A stretch of DNA of 61,176 bases, filler included, from an uncultured bacterium (GTDB lineage: Bacteria; CAYJOG01): assembly GCA_964371695.1 (NCBI GenBank). It is 6 parts of 6 records of this genome, joined end to end, with 100 filler letters (N's around TTAATTAATTAA, not from the genome) between each part and the next. Parts side by side here need not be neighbours in the genome. Positions count along the whole stretch, not along the records: positions 41,193 to 51,199 come from CAYJOG010000063.1; positions 51,300 to 61,176 come from CAYJOG010000064.1; 4 more parts are not named here. The stretch is one strand, 5' to 3'. Positions 41,763 through 51,675 of this stretch are shown here, one piece after another. A model generated the notes under the pieces. That model worked only from the letters and a program-made list of their open reading frames with translations. It was not told where the DNA came from and did no database searches. The number at the start of each line of letters is the position of its first letter. Position 1 is the first letter of the stretch. Both the position numbers and the translations under genes were made by a program.

Positions 41763-42629
41763 TCACGCACCTTCCAAAAGACCCTTGAAGCGCCGGTGCA
41801 TCCAGAAATAACTCTCTGGATAGGCCCGCACAAAGTCTTCCAACTGGTCCTGAAACATCTGGAGCAGGTCGTACATCGGCACGGGGCCGTTTTCATTCAC
41901 CGGCTCAATGGGCGCACCCATCACCAACACCAGGCGGTTATCTTTGCGCCGGTAGCTGAACATGGGCAAAAGCGGCAGCCCCGTCTCTTGCGCAAATTTG
42001 GCCGGCCCTTTGAAGGTCCAGGCGGGTTGCTCGAACAGATACACAATCAACCCCCTGTCACCGGCGTGTTGATCCGCCATCAGCGCCAACTGGCGGCCAT
42101 TCTCCAGGGCTTTTTTGCTGCGCTGCACCACCCCCGGATCACGATAAATGATTTCCATGCCCCGGCGCAGGCGCGAGGTTTCCACAAAACGGTTCATGCC
42201 CTTCTGGCGAATCACCGCGCCCACGCCGGTGAGGGCCATTCCTTTTTCCTGAATGGCGTGGGTCAAAAGTTCCCAGTTTCCCGCGTGGGCCCCCGCCACC
42301 AGCACCGCCTTGCCACGGTACTGAAAAAATGACTCACCGTTTTGCCAAGCCACACGTTGCGCCCCCCGGCGGCTTGAGGCGTGAAAATATTTGAGCATTT
42401 CAAAAACAGATTTGGCCTGATGCGCAAAACAGGCCCGGCCGATTTTTTCGAGGGTGGCGTCGTCTTCGCCTTCAAAAGCGAGGCGCAGGTTAAACAGCAC
42501 AATGCGGCGGAACTTCCCCACCCTGTCAAAACCAAAAGCACCCAGGCGGTCGCACAGGGCATAGGCGGGCGCATCCGGGAAAAACCGCACCCCCCACGCC
42601 AAACCCCAAAGCAGGTAATAGAGCCACAT
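41763..42629 (-). CDS. lipid A late acyltransferase family (LpxL/HtrB-like)
   Basis: AHAGNWE, LMADQH, YPESYFWMHRRFK. Confidence 0.9.
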   Translation of the reverse strand: MWLYYLLWGLAWGVRFFPDAPAYALCDRLGAFGFDRVGKFRRIVLFNLRLAFEGEDDATLEKIGRACFAHQAKSVFEMLKYFHASSRRGAQRVAWQNGESFFQYRGKAVLVAGAHAGNWELLTHAIQEKGMALTGVGAVIRQKGMNRFVETSRLRRGMEIIYRDPGVVQRSKKALENGRQLALMADQHAGDRGLIVYLFEQPAWTFKGPAKFAQETGLPLLPMFSYRRKDNRLVLVMGAPIEPVNENGPVPMYDLLQMFQDQLEDFVRAYPESYFWMHRRFKGLLEGA

Positions 42630-42637
42630 GCCGCCGG

Positions 42638-45600
42638 TTATTTGAAGTTGGCCTTCAGCTCGGTGCTGAGCAGAAAACCCTTGTTGTCGTTTTTGGGCAT
42701 TTTGTCGCTTTGGGAATCGGCGTAACGGGCCTGGGTGTTGAGTTCCAGGGCACGGGTGAGTTTTTTGAACCAGTTGATTTCGAACACGTAGCGGGTGATG
42801 TCCGAACCGGTGGAAAAGTGGTTGAAGGAATATTTGAAACGGTTGTTTTCGCTTTTGCGATACAGCATGTCCAGGAGCAACGTGCTGTTGTCGGTGCTGC
42901 CCGTCTGATCCATGTCGTATTGCACCGCCAGGTTTGTTTTTTCGTTGTGCAGATAAAACAGGCGCAAGGCATATTTGTTGCCGCTGGTGGTGGTGGCGCT
43001 GGTGGGCGAATGGCTGTTGCGGTCGGTGAGTTCGTATTGCAATGAGCCTTTGAGCCGCCCCAGGCCCACATATTTCAGGCCGAACACCTGGTTTTGCTGG
43101 CTGCTGGCGCTCGAACCCGCGTCCAGTTCGGTGCTCAACCACGTCAGGCTGCTTTCCCACTTTTTGCCCATGTCAAAAAGAAAGTTGGCGTTGCTGGTGT
43201 CAGTGCGGGTTTTGCCCCCCAGGGTGCCGGGGGTGTCCTGCTGGCTCATTTCCAGGCCAAAGTTTTTGACTTTCCAGAAGGGATCGGCCTGCAAGGAATA
43301 GTGGATGGTGTTCTGGCTCTGGGCAGGCTGGCCGGGGCGGGAGTCCTGCGTGTCCTGGGTGTCCAGGTCCACGCCCAGGCTCAGGCGGTCAAAGGCGCGG
43401 TAGTCCAACTGGTATTGCACCATGGAGTTGGTGCTGGTGTAGCTGAGCGCCGGACTCAAGGTTTCGATTTCGTTTTCTTCCAGCCGCGCCACCAGGGTGA
43501 GGTCTTCGTTGGGTTTGGCCTCGGCCCCCAGCTTCATGTTGGTGGTCTGGCGCTTCAAGCCGGTGCTGGTGAAGTTTTCAAAGTCCTCATTCTGCAGGCC
43601 GCCGCTCAGCGAATAACGCGCGCCGAGGGGAAACTTGGCGTTAAAGCGCACCTGACTTGTTTTTTCGTCGCTCAGGCGCGTGGGCAGGTCATCCTGCAGG
43701 GTGCGGTCATAAAGGCCCACGCTGGCCTCCAGCCCCTTGAGGCTGCGAAAGGTGAGGTCATAGGCGGTTTCTTCCTGGTCTTTCACGTTGAGCTTCTGGA
43801 TATCCAGCGCCGTCTCGATGCTGCGGCGGCTGGCGGCAAAACCCAGGAGCGGTGAAATCTGATAAGACGCCTCGATGTTGCGCCGCAACGTGTCCAGGTT
43901 GTTCTCCACGCCAAACCCGGCAAACACCGTGTCTTTGGTGAAGGCCTCGTATTTGGCCTTGAGCGGGCCATGGTTGTAGTCCATCGTCAGGCTGCTGGCT
44001 TCGCCGTCCTGAATGGTGTTGAAGTTGCCCGACAGATTGAAGTCGTAGTTCACGATCACCGTCTGCACGGTGGCGGGGATGTCCTTGGCGAACAGCAACA
44101 TGCCTTCGTCGGTGCGCACGCTGAAATCCAGTGCGGAGAGTTTGTTGGACTCATTGAGCACGTCGTCGAAAAACACACTCACCGAGCCTTCCACAATGCC
44201 GCCCCGGCTCAGGCGACACACCTTGCCCTTGCAGGGGAAATAGAAATAACTGGCCGTGACCTGCGACCCCTGCGGCACCGGATTGCGGAAGGTGACCACA
44301 CCGCCCGTATAGTCCACAATCACCTCGCAGGGGTCATCCTGTGTGGGGCTTTGGGTGAGACACACGTTCTGGCGCACCTTGTTGGCAGTGATGAGAAAAA
44401 CATCCACCGCCTGGGTGTTGTCCCAGTTGGGGTTCACCGAGGCGCAGGTGGTGCCACCGGGGCAGGTGAGGGATTCCTCCTGCACCTGCGTGCTGGTGAG
44501 GCTGATGTTGATGCGCTCGTTCACCACCTTGAGGGGCTTTCGGCCAATGTCTGACGTGCTTTGGGCGCGCTCATAACTGGCGTTGAATTTTTCGCTGGGT
44601 TTGTAACTCAGCACCATGTCGGTGATCTGTTTTTCGAACCGTTTGCCCCCGGTGCCCACACCGGCGGGCAGTGTGCGAAAGATAACGCGCACAAAGGTCT
44701 GGCCGGTGCTGAAGGGGTCCCGCACCAACAGCAGGGCCTGATTGGCTTCGATCACCTGATAATCCACGGGCTGGGGAACCTGTGGAAAGATGTCGTAATC
44801 CGCCAGCAGTTCCACGGGGTTGATGCAGTTGCCCAGGCCGTCGTCCTGACACCGATAAACCACCTCACTGCCCGCATAAATGGGGGCGTTCAGCCGCTCT
44901 GGCGCGCCTATGGTGATCTGGTTCTGATAATAATCCTGCGTGAGGGTGGTGGAGGCGGTGGGCGGGAAATAACCATAATCCACCTTGATTTTTTTCACCT
45001 TGAAAAGATTCGCGCCGTCAAATTCCAGAAACCCATAGGCATAACCCCGCTCGGTGAGGTTGAAGCGATAAGGCACAACCCCAAAGTCCACTTCCTGAAA
45101 TCCTTCCCCTTCGTCCACACTCACCTTCACCGTGTTTTTCTGCAAAAGATCATGAGGCAAGTCCAGACACACCTGCTCACGGCAATAGGGCAGATCCGCC
45201 GTGATGGCGCAACTGCCGGGCGTGTCGCCCACCGTGCATTCATAACTGGTGGTTTTCAGCCCCGTGGCGGCGCTGGCCGCACCGGCCTTCTGACTCAACC
45301 GCCCCATGTCCAGCCGCAAAGGCCCCCTGGCATAAAAAGCCTGCATGCCGTTGGAATCCTGTCCGCTGGTGTTGAAGAGCAGCTCTTCTTCATAAAACAG
45401 CTCCACCAGATCGTTGGGGTCCAACACCTCGCGGAAGGTGATCTGCCCCAGAAAATAATCCACCGTGTATTGGCTGGGGGCCAGCGTCTGGCCATTCAGG
45501 CGCACCACCAAAGTGCCCTCCACAATGGGAAACTTCTGGAGCCGGTAAGGCCCCCTGGAGTTGTTGCCCTGAAATGTTTCTGACTGGTCAACAGATTTTT

Positions 45601-46528
45601 CCTGACTGGTGATGAACCCCAGGCCCCAGTTGGGACGGGTGTAGTTGGCCTGTAAGCCCTGGATTTTTTTGCTCATCACCGCCCAGGTGCCTGTCTGGAA
45701 ATTGGCGTTGAAGATGCCTCCCTGCAACGCCAGGGGGCCGTGTTTCACGTGCATGTCCAGTTCCTGCTCCTGGTTGGGGAACTCATAAAACCGGCCTTCC
45801 ACTTGGGTGTCGGCGTCGGGCGGCGTGCTCACCGTGATGTCGGTGCGCTGCTCCACCTTGTCCGCCAACAGCGCCAGGCCGTTCTGCGCCTCGAACTGGC
45901 TCTGGCTGCCGTCCACCTTCATGGCCCGGTAACGCACCGAGCGATAACCCTGCACGTTGATTTCGGGCAGCTTGGCGTCTTTCGCCGGGGAATCCAGGTC
46001 TATTTCATCGGCCACGGCGGCGGTGGCGGAAAGCACCGGCGGTGCGGCCACAGGTTTTTCCCTGAGCACCGGTGCAGGTTTTTCCGTCTTTTTTTCGGAC
46101 TTGGGCGGCCGGGCGGCCAGTTGGCGTTTGCGCTCCTTTTCGGCCAGGGGAGAAAGAATCTCGGCGGGGTCTTTCACGTCTTCCAGCTTCACCGCCCGCG
46201 CCGCCAGCGCCCCCTGAATGGCTTGCACCTCTGGCTGAAGACCCGCCAGCAATTGGGTGGCGTCTTCACGGAACTGGCGAAAGGCCCCTTCCTGATCAGG
46301 CGAAACGGCGCTCGCGGGCGAATAAAACGCCAGATACACCTGCCGCCGCAACACCAGCACCCACCACGCCTGCGACAACGCCGAGTCGGGTTTCAGGTCC
46401 GGTTCGTTTTTGATGAAGGTCCATTCCTGGACCAGCGGGTTTTTGAGAAACCCGCCCCACGACACCGGCTCACGGGCCTGCGCCGCCGCTGCCCAGCACC
46501 ACCAGAAAATCCCGATGCACCAGCTCAT
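42638..46528 (-). CDS. large outer-membrane beta-barrel protein with inserted VDY..G.ITF repeat domains
   Basis: Signal-like N-terminus ending AQA; GPYRL...YTVDYFLGQITF type domains; amphipathic strands ending KANFK; start overlaps the proB end. Confidence 0.75.
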   Translation of the reverse strand: MSWCIGIFWWCWAAAAQAREPVSWGGFLKNPLVQEWTFIKNEPDLKPDSALSQAWWVLVLRRQVYLAFYSPASAVSPDQEGAFRQFREDATQLLAGLQPEVQAIQGALAARAVKLEDVKDPAEILSPLAEKERKRQLAARPPKSEKKTEKPAPVLREKPVAAPPVLSATAAVADEIDLDSPAKDAKLPEINVQGYRSVRYRAMKVDGSQSQFEAQNGLALLADKVEQRTDITVSTPPDADTQVEGRFYEFPNQEQELDMHVKHGPLALQGGIFNANFQTGTWAVMSKKIQGLQANYTRPNWGLGFITSQEKSVDQSETFQGNNSRGPYRLQKFPIVEGTLVVRLNGQTLAPSQYTVDYFLGQITFREVLDPNDLVELFYEEELLFNTSGQDSNGMQAFYARGPLRLDMGRLSQKAGAASAATGLKTTSYECTVGDTPGSCAITADLPYCREQVCLDLPHDLLQKNTVKVSVDEGEGFQEVDFGVVPYRFNLTERGYAYGFLEFDGANLFKVKKIKVDYGYFPPTASTTLTQDYYQNQITIGAPERLNAPIYAGSEVVYRCQDDGLGNCINPVELLADYDIFPQVPQPVDYQVIEANQALLLVRDPFSTGQTFVRVIFRTLPAGVGTGGKRFEKQITDMVLSYKPSEKFNASYERAQSTSDIGRKPLKVVNERINISLTSTQVQEESLTCPGGTTCASVNPNWDNTQAVDVFLITANKVRQNVCLTQSPTQDDPCEVIVDYTGGVVTFRNPVPQGSQVTASYFYFPCKGKVCRLSRGGIVEGSVSVFFDDVLNESNKLSALDFSVRTDEGMLLFAKDIPATVQTVIVNYDFNLSGNFNTIQDGEASSLTMDYNHGPLKAKYEAFTKDTVFAGFGVENNLDTLRRNIEASYQISPLLGFAASRRSIETALDIQKLNVKDQEETAYDLTFRSLKGLEASVGLYDRTLQDDLPTRLSDEKTSQVRFNAKFPLGARYSLSGGLQNEDFENFTSTGLKRQTTNMKLGAEAKPNEDLTLVARLEENEIETLSPALSYTSTNSMVQYQLDYRAFDRLSLGVDLDTQDTQDSRPGQPAQSQNTIHYSLQADPFWKVKNFGLEMSQQDTPGTLGGKTRTDTSNANFLFDMGKKWESSLTWLSTELDAGSSASSQQNQVFGLKYVGLGRLKGSLQYELTDRNSHSPTSATTTSGNKYALRLFYLHNEKTNLAVQYDMDQTGSTDNSTLLLDMLYRKSENNRFKYSFNHFSTGSDITRYVFEINWFKKLTRALELNTQARYADSQSDKMPKNDNKGFLLSTELKANFK

Positions 46529-47603
46529 CTTCCAGGCGAAAGCCCAGCGCGGATTCGATGTCCCTGCTTTTAAGACCGGCGATTTTCGCAGCATCGTGGA
46601 TGGAATAATTGGAGAGGCCAGAGGCCAATTTTACCCCGGCTTCGTCGTGTATACCAATGGCGTCACCCCGTTCAAATTCGCCATCCACCGCCACCACGCC
46701 GCTGGGCAAAAGGCTCTTTTGCCCCTGCACCACGCTCTGTGCCGCCCCGGCATTGATGGTCACTCGGCCCTTTTCGGCCTGCATGGCCACCCACTGTTTT
46801 TTGGCGCTTTTGGGCGTGCTTTTGTGGGTGAGCAACGTGCCCGCCGGTTTGCCCGCAAAAAGTGTTCCCAACGCGCCCAGGGGCTTGCCCTGAATGATGT
46901 GGGTGCGCGTGCCCCCCAAAGCCGCCAATCGCGCCGCCTTGAGCTTGGTGAACATGCCGCCACTGCCGAGGTCCGAGCCTTCGGCCCCGGCGGCTTCGTC
47001 CAGTCGCACATCGTTCACGTCGGTCTGGCGGATGAGCGTGGCCGAGGTGTCGTGCCGGGGGTTGGCCGTGAAAAATCCCTCCACGTCGCTCATCAGCACC
47101 AGGGCCTGCGCCCCCACCATCTGGGCCGTGATGGCCGAAAGCGTGTCGTTGTCGCCAAACTTCAGTTCATCCACCGCCACGGTGTCGTTTTCGTTCACCA
47201 CGGGCAACACGCCGTTTTTGATCAGTTCCTCGAACGTGGCGCGGGCGTTGAGATATTTCTCACGCTGTGAAACGACATCCCGCGTGAGCAGCACCTGGGC
47301 CACCGTGACGCCCCTTTGGCCAAAGGCTTCGGCCCACGCGCTCATCAGGGCCACCTGACCCACCGCCGCCAGGGCCTGCCGCTGGCGCAGGGTTTTGGGA
47401 CGGGCGCTCACACCCATCCGCTCGCGCCCCAAAGCCACCGCGCCGCTGGACACCAGTATCGGCACAAGGCCCAACCGGCGCTGGGCCGCGAGTAGCTCCG
47501 CCAGTTCGTGAATGAAGGCGTGGTCCACAAAACCGTCCGCGCCGGTGATGGTGCTGCTGCCCACCTTGAGCACAACACGGCCTTTGAACCCAACGCCCGC
47601 CAT
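46470..47603 (-). CDS. proB: glutamate 5-kinase
   Basis: VVLKVGSS, VSSGAV, NENDTV, FGDNDTLSA, GSGGMFTK; PUA domain. Confidence 0.96.
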   Translation of the reverse strand: MAGVGFKGRVVLKVGSSTITGADGFVDHAFIHELAELLAAQRRLGLVPILVSSGAVALGRERMGVSARPKTLRQRQALAAVGQVALMSAWAEAFGQRGVTVAQVLLTRDVVSQREKYLNARATFEELIKNGVLPVVNENDTVAVDELKFGDNDTLSAITAQMVGAQALVLMSDVEGFFTANPRHDTSATLIRQTDVNDVRLDEAAGAEGSDLGSGGMFTKLKAARLAALGGTRTHIIQGKPLGALGTLFAGKPAGTLLTHKSTPKSAKKQWVAMQAEKGRVTINAGAAQSVVQGQKSLLPSGVVAVDGEFERGDAIGIHDEAGVKLASGLSNYSIHDAAKIAGLKSRDIESALGFRLEDELVHRDFLVVLGSGGAGP

Positions 47604-47635
47604 GGGGGTCAGATTAACAACCCCTTCCCGCCTTT

Positions 47636-48559
47636 TCACTCAATGACTTTATTCAGCGGGTATTCGATGATGCCCTCGGCCCCGGCTTCTTTCAGCAGCG
47701 GCAACACGTTTTTCACGTCGTTTTCCATGGCGATGACCTCCACGGCAATCCAGCCTTCTTCGGTGAGGTGGCTCACGGTGGGGCGGCGCAGGCCCGGCAA
47801 CAGGCGGATGATGCGCGACAGGTCCTTTTCCCGCAGGTTCATTTTCAGACCCACGCGGTCCTGGGCCGCCAGCGCACCGGTGAGCAGCATCAGCAGCCGC
47901 TCGGCCTTGGTGCGTTTGAACGTGTCTTCATGGGCCGTCTTGTTCATCACGAACTGGGTGGTGCTTTCCACCACGGTGTCCACAATGCGCAGGTTGTTGG
48001 CCCGCAGGCTGGAGCCGGTTTCGGTGAGTTCCACAATGGCGTCCACCAGATGGGGCACCTTCACTTCGGTGGCTCCCCAACTGAACTCCACGTCGGCCTT
48101 CACGCCGTGTTTCCTGAGATATTTTTTGGTGCCGCCCACCAGCTCGGTGGCGATGCGTTTGCCCTGGAGGTCTTTGACCGACCGCACGGGGCTGTCGTTG
48201 TGCACCGCCAGCACCCAACGCACGGGGTTGCTGCTGGCCTTGGAATAAGACAGCGGAGCCATGTGAACCAGCTTGGCCCCCTGCTCCATGATCCAGTCCA
48301 TGCCCGTCAGGCCAGCGTCCAGCAGGCCGATTTCCAGATAACGCGGAATCTCCTGCGCACGCATGAGCATGAGCTTGATTTCGGGGTCGTCGATGGTGGG
48401 GAAGTAGCTGCGCCCTGAAATGCCCACGCGGTAGCCGGCCCGCTCGAACAGTTTCTGGGTGGCGTCCTGCAGGCTGCCCTTGGGGAACCCCAACACCAGT
48501 TGCTGGGGTTTTTTCACCGCGCTGGCAGCGGGTTTTTTGCTTTTGGATGCTTTGGCCAC
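47636..48559 (-). CDS. hisG: ATP phosphoribosyltransferase, long form
   Basis: [33 protein letters not shown]-terminal regulatory domain; AAGGAG RBS. Confidence 0.96.
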   Translation of the reverse strand: MAKASKSKKPAASAVKKPQQLVLGFPKGSLQDATQKLFERAGYRVGISGRSYFPTIDDPEIKLMLMRAQEIPRYLEIGLLDAGLTGMDWIMEQGAKLVHMAPLSYSKASSNPVRWVLAVHNDSPVRSVKDLQGKRIATELVGGTKKYLRKHGVKADVEFSWGATEVKVPHLVDAIVELTETGSSLRANNLRIVDTVVESTTQFVMNKTAHEDTFKRTKAERLLMLLTGALAAQDRVGLKMNLREKDLSRIIRLLPGLRRPTVSHLTEEGWIAVEVIAMENDVKNVLPLLKEAGAEGIIEYPLNKVIE

Positions 48560-48603
48560 GGAATCTCCTTGAAATGAATCCCGCCCAGAAAAACAGGCTG
48601 GGG

Positions 48604-48837
48604 TTAATACAGCATGAAGCCGGGTTGTTCCTGCACCCGAAAATAAACCTCATCGTGATAAAAAAGCCCCTGTGTGGCGTGGCCCTGGGGGCAGACATAA
48701 AGCAACATGCTCAGGGGGTTGTCCACCTCGCGGCCGTCTTCGGTCATCATCACGGCCTGATCCTTCTGCTCGCGCAAGGGGGCCTGCTGCTGGCAGTGGC
48801 AACACGCCACCTCTTGAGGCAAGCCGGGGGCGAACAA
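48604..48837 (-). CDS. small putative zinc-binding protein
   Basis: Fills the rpoZ-hisG gap; TTG start 3 nt after the rpoZ stop; CCHC and CPQGH motifs. Confidence 0.55.
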   Translation of the reverse strand: MFAPGLPQEVACCHCQQQAPLREQKDQAVMMTEDGREVDNPLSMLLYVCPQGHATQGLFYHDEVYFRVQEQPGFMLY

Positions 48838-48840
48838 GGA

Positions 48841-49137
48841 TTACTCGATGATGGCGGTGTCGTCGGCCTTGTCCACCGAAGAATCCACCTCGGCCTTGGC
48901 GGTTTCGGCCACTTCGTCTTCTTTGTCCGGGTCGGTTTCCAGAGACATGTAGCCGATCACACCCATGGCGATCTCTTTGAGCGACACCGTGAGGGGGTGC
49001 TCGGTCTGGTCTTCTTCCATGATGGTTTCGATGCCAGAGGGCTGCACCAGTTGTTTGGCGCGGGCCGCCGCCACGTTGCAGAGAATGTATTTGTTGGCAA
49101 TACGGTCGGTGAGTGCCTCGGTGCAGGGATCAAGCAT
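48841..49137 (-). CDS. rpoZ: RNA polymerase omega subunit
   Basis: NKYILCNVAAARAKQL...PLTVSLKEI; directly follows gmk. Confidence 0.9.
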   Translation of the reverse strand: MLDPCTEALTDRIANKYILCNVAAARAKQLVQPSGIETIMEEDQTEHPLTVSLKEIAMGVIGYMSLETDPDKEDEVAETAKAEVDSSVDKADDTAIIE

Positions 49138-49798
49138 GTTCTGGCCCTTTCTTCTTCGCCGGTTTTTCCGCCGCTGGGTTTTTCAAACGCGCCGATCGGA
49201 CAAGCGCCTTGAGATCCTCCCCGGCCTGACCGGGATCGGCGTTAACGAGCCAATAAGTATAGTGAACCGCCTGGGCGATTTCAAAGGGCATGTTCTGGAT
49301 GCGGTTTTTGAGCGATCCGGCCTCTTCGGTGCCCCGCAGGCGCAGGCGGTGCTCCAGTTCGGCCAGACTGGGGGGCAGCATGAAAACATAAAGGGCTTCC
49401 AGACCCCTTTTTTGGAGGGTGGCCGCCCCCTGCACGTCCACCTCCAACACCACCAGTTTGCCTTGCTGGCGGGCTTTTTCCACGTGTTCGCGGCTCAAAC
49501 CATACCAATGGCCATAAATATTGGCCCATTCCAGCAGTTTGCCGTCTTTTTTGAGTTGGCCAAACGCAGCCTCGCTCACATAAAAATACTTTTTCTCGCT
49601 CACATTGGCCCGGCGGCGGGGCCGGGTGGTGTAACTGGGGGCGTACACCAGTTCGGGAAACTCCCGCGCCACGGCCCTGATCACCGTGCCCTTGCCCACG
49701 CCCGAAGGCCCACTCAGCACCAGCACCACCCCACGGGGCCGGGCGGGCTGGGCCGCCTTGAGAATGGCCGAAGCCTCTTTTTTGCCGGGGGTTTTCAT
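49130..49798 (-). CDS. gmk: guanylate kinase
   Basis: SGPSGVGKGT, SYTTRPRR, LEWANIYGHWYG, EVDVQG. Confidence 0.95.
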   Translation of the reverse strand: MKTPGKKEASAILKAAQPARPRGVVLVLSGPSGVGKGTVIRAVAREFPELVYAPSYTTRPRRRANVSEKKYFYVSEAAFGQLKKDGKLLEWANIYGHWYGLSREHVEKARQQGKLVVLEVDVQGAATLQKRGLEALYVFMLPPSLAELEHRLRLRGTEEAGSLKNRIQNMPFEIAQAVHYTYWLVNADPGQAGEDLKALVRSARLKNPAAEKPAKKKGPEHA

Positions 49799-50094
49799 GG
49801 CGACTCCTCTTCTTCTTCCTCTGGCAGGTCCGGCAACTCAGCCTGCTGACCCGCCAAGCGGCCCGCCAGGGCCTCGGTGGCGTGCAGGCTCAACACCAGA
49901 TGCCCACTGTCCATCACCACCACGCTGCGGGCCTTGCGCCCCTGCGTGGCCGACACCAGCAGCCCCCGCTCCCGCGCTTCGTTCACCATGCGTTTGACCG
50001 GGGCGCTGTCGGGTTTGATCACCGCCACCACCCGGTGGGCGTTGACATAGTTCTTCAACCCCAGGTGAATCAGTTTGGGCGGCGTGGTGCTCAA
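49795..50094 (-). CDS. remA: DUF370/RemA-family protein
   Basis: DSAPVKR, ATQGRKARSVVVMDSGHLVLS; canonical position upstream of gmk. Confidence 0.9.
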   Translation of the reverse strand: MSTTPPKLIHLGLKNYVNAHRVVAVIKPDSAPVKRMVNEARERGLLVSATQGRKARSVVVMDSGHLVLSLHATEALAGRLAGQQAELPDLPEEEEEESP

Positions 50095-50114
50095 GGCGAC
50101 AACTCAAACGCCCT

Positions 50115-50399
50115 TCAAACCTTCACTGCCCGCCGGGGGGCCTTTTTGGGTGCGCTTTTGGGTTTGGGTTTGGCGGAGGCCTTTTTCACGGCCTTGAGCG
50201 GCGCGGCCTCGCGCTGGGGTCCCTTGGCGGCAGGCTTGAGACTGGCCGCAGCGCGGTAAACCGACTTGATGTCCGTCAGCCTTTCCTCCAGCCGCCCCAG
50301 GCGGTCTTCGATGATCTCCACGTCTTCACGCGTGGCCAGCCCCAGGCTGGACAAAAACTTGCTGATGTTTTCCTCAAAAAGTTCCAACAGAATCGCCAT
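50115..50399 (-). CDS. small coiled-coil protein with a Lys/Ala/Pro tail (phasin- or UbiK-like)
   Basis: LGLATREDV..LEERL motif, basic tail, GGAG RBS. Confidence 0.6.
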   Translation of the reverse strand: MAILLELFEENISKFLSSLGLATREDVEIIEDRLGRLEERLTDIKSVYRAAASLKPAAKGPQREAAPLKAVKKASAKPKPKSAPKKAPRRAVKV

Positions 50400-50458
50400 G
50401 TCTGCCTCCGTGACAGCAGTGTAAGGGAGTCTGCTTGTCCATGACAATCATTCACACC

Positions 50459-50487
50459 TTGCCCCCGGTGGCCCTGGCTTCTAAAAT
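50459..50487 (+). promoter_or_regulatory. putative sigma70 promoter of tRNA-Val
   Basis: TTGCCC, 17-nt spacer, TAAAAT. Confidence 0.55.
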
Positions 50488-50498
50488 ACCTGCGCTAC

Positions 50499-50571
50499 GG
50501 ACGCGTAGCTCAGTTGGTAGAGCACTGCCTTCACACGGCAGGGGTCACTGGTTCGAGTCCAGTCGCGTCCA
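50499..50571 (+). tRNA. tRNA-Val(CAC)
   Basis: GGACGCG/CGCGTCC acceptor stem, anticodon arm CTGCC-TTCACAC-GGCAG, T loop GTTCGAGTC; CCA not encoded. Confidence 0.96.
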
Positions 50572-50602
50572 CCCCCCCGGTTGCCACACAACCACCCCCA
50601 TC

Positions 50603-51196
50603 ATGTCCCCGAACCCGCGTGAGTGGTTTCCCGATAAGGCTCTGGGGCCATTTGTGTTGAGCGCCCTGCTGCTGTTGACCGCCTGCAAAAGCGTTGACTC
50701 TCAGGCGGTGCAGGCCGCCAGACAGGTGCAGCACTTTGTGCATCCCGACCGCTTCTCACCCAAAGACCTCGTGCCCCTCACACTTTTCATGATTCAGGAA
50801 AAAAACAACCCACCCCTGCAAAGGGTGTTCAAGACCAACCAGAACCTCACCGAAGTGGCCGAGCCGGGCGCGGGCACCAAGGTGGAGGTGATGGGCCTGG
50901 ACCCGGACTTTCACAACACCCTGCCGGGGGGCTACGAACACCGGCGTGTGAAGCTGGACATTTTTCAGCACCTGGGCGAGGCGTGGTATCCGGGTTTTGT
51001 GGACGTGGTTCGCAAAAAAAACAGCCAGGAACCCTGGCGCGTGTTGATGCAATGCACCAGCGAACGGGCGCACCTGAACGGCAAAAATGAACTGAAATTC
51101 GACCCCATGAGCACCAACTGCTACTGGAGCCACTTTCACCACGACCGCGACTGGTACAAACCAGTCAAGGCCAGCTTCAGGCGCGAGAAGCCTTAG
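50603..51196 (+). CDS. hypothetical lipoprotein
   Basis: Lipobox LTAC after a hydrophobic stretch. Confidence 0.7.
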   Translation: MSPNPREWFPDKALGPFVLSALLLLTACKSVDSQAVQAARQVQHFVHPDRFSPKDLVPLTLFMIQEKNNPPLQRVFKTNQNLTEVAEPGAGTKVEVMGLDPDFHNTLPGGYEHRRVKLDIFQHLGEAWYPGFVDVVRKKNSQEPWRVLMQCTSERAHLNGKNELKFDPMSTNCYWSHFHHDRDWYKPVKASFRREKP

Positions 51197-51199
51197 AGC

Positions 51200-51299
51200 N
51201 NNNNNNNNNNNNNNNNNNNNNNNNNNNNNNNNNNNNNNNNNNNTTAATTAATTAANNNNNNNNNNNNNNNNNNNNNNNNNNNNNNNNNNNNNNNNNNNN
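51200..51299. other. artificial contig linker
   Basis: N44-TTAATTAATTAA-N44. Confidence 0.98.
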
Positions 51300-51414
51300 C
51301 GCGCCGCTGGGCGCGCCCGGCAGCATCAATATGCTGCCGCAATCCCAAAAGACCCCCCGCGCCCATTACCCGGCGCTACGCGCCACCCTCTCCCATGCAA
51401 AGCACGGGAGAGGG
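51300..51414 (+). repeat. family D repeat fused to REP A
   Basis: Matches 23054-23164. Confidence 0.85.
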
Positions 51415-51675
51415 AACAACTTCGGTGTGCATAAATTTCTTCAAAATGAACTAGGGCATCTGGCCGAGCAAAGGCGATAGCTGGTCCCGCCCCACTGAGC
51501 AAGAAAGCTGTTTTTGTAGTGGGGCGGGCGGGCTCGGCCGCCGTTGATATGAACGCCGGCAGGATGCCTGCACCACCAAAAAAATAATGAAAATGTTTTT
51601 TGCTTTTGTTTTTATGCCACAGGCGAGACGCCCGTGGCTACTGCAACGTCACCCGAAAACGGGTTTTCGCCCACC

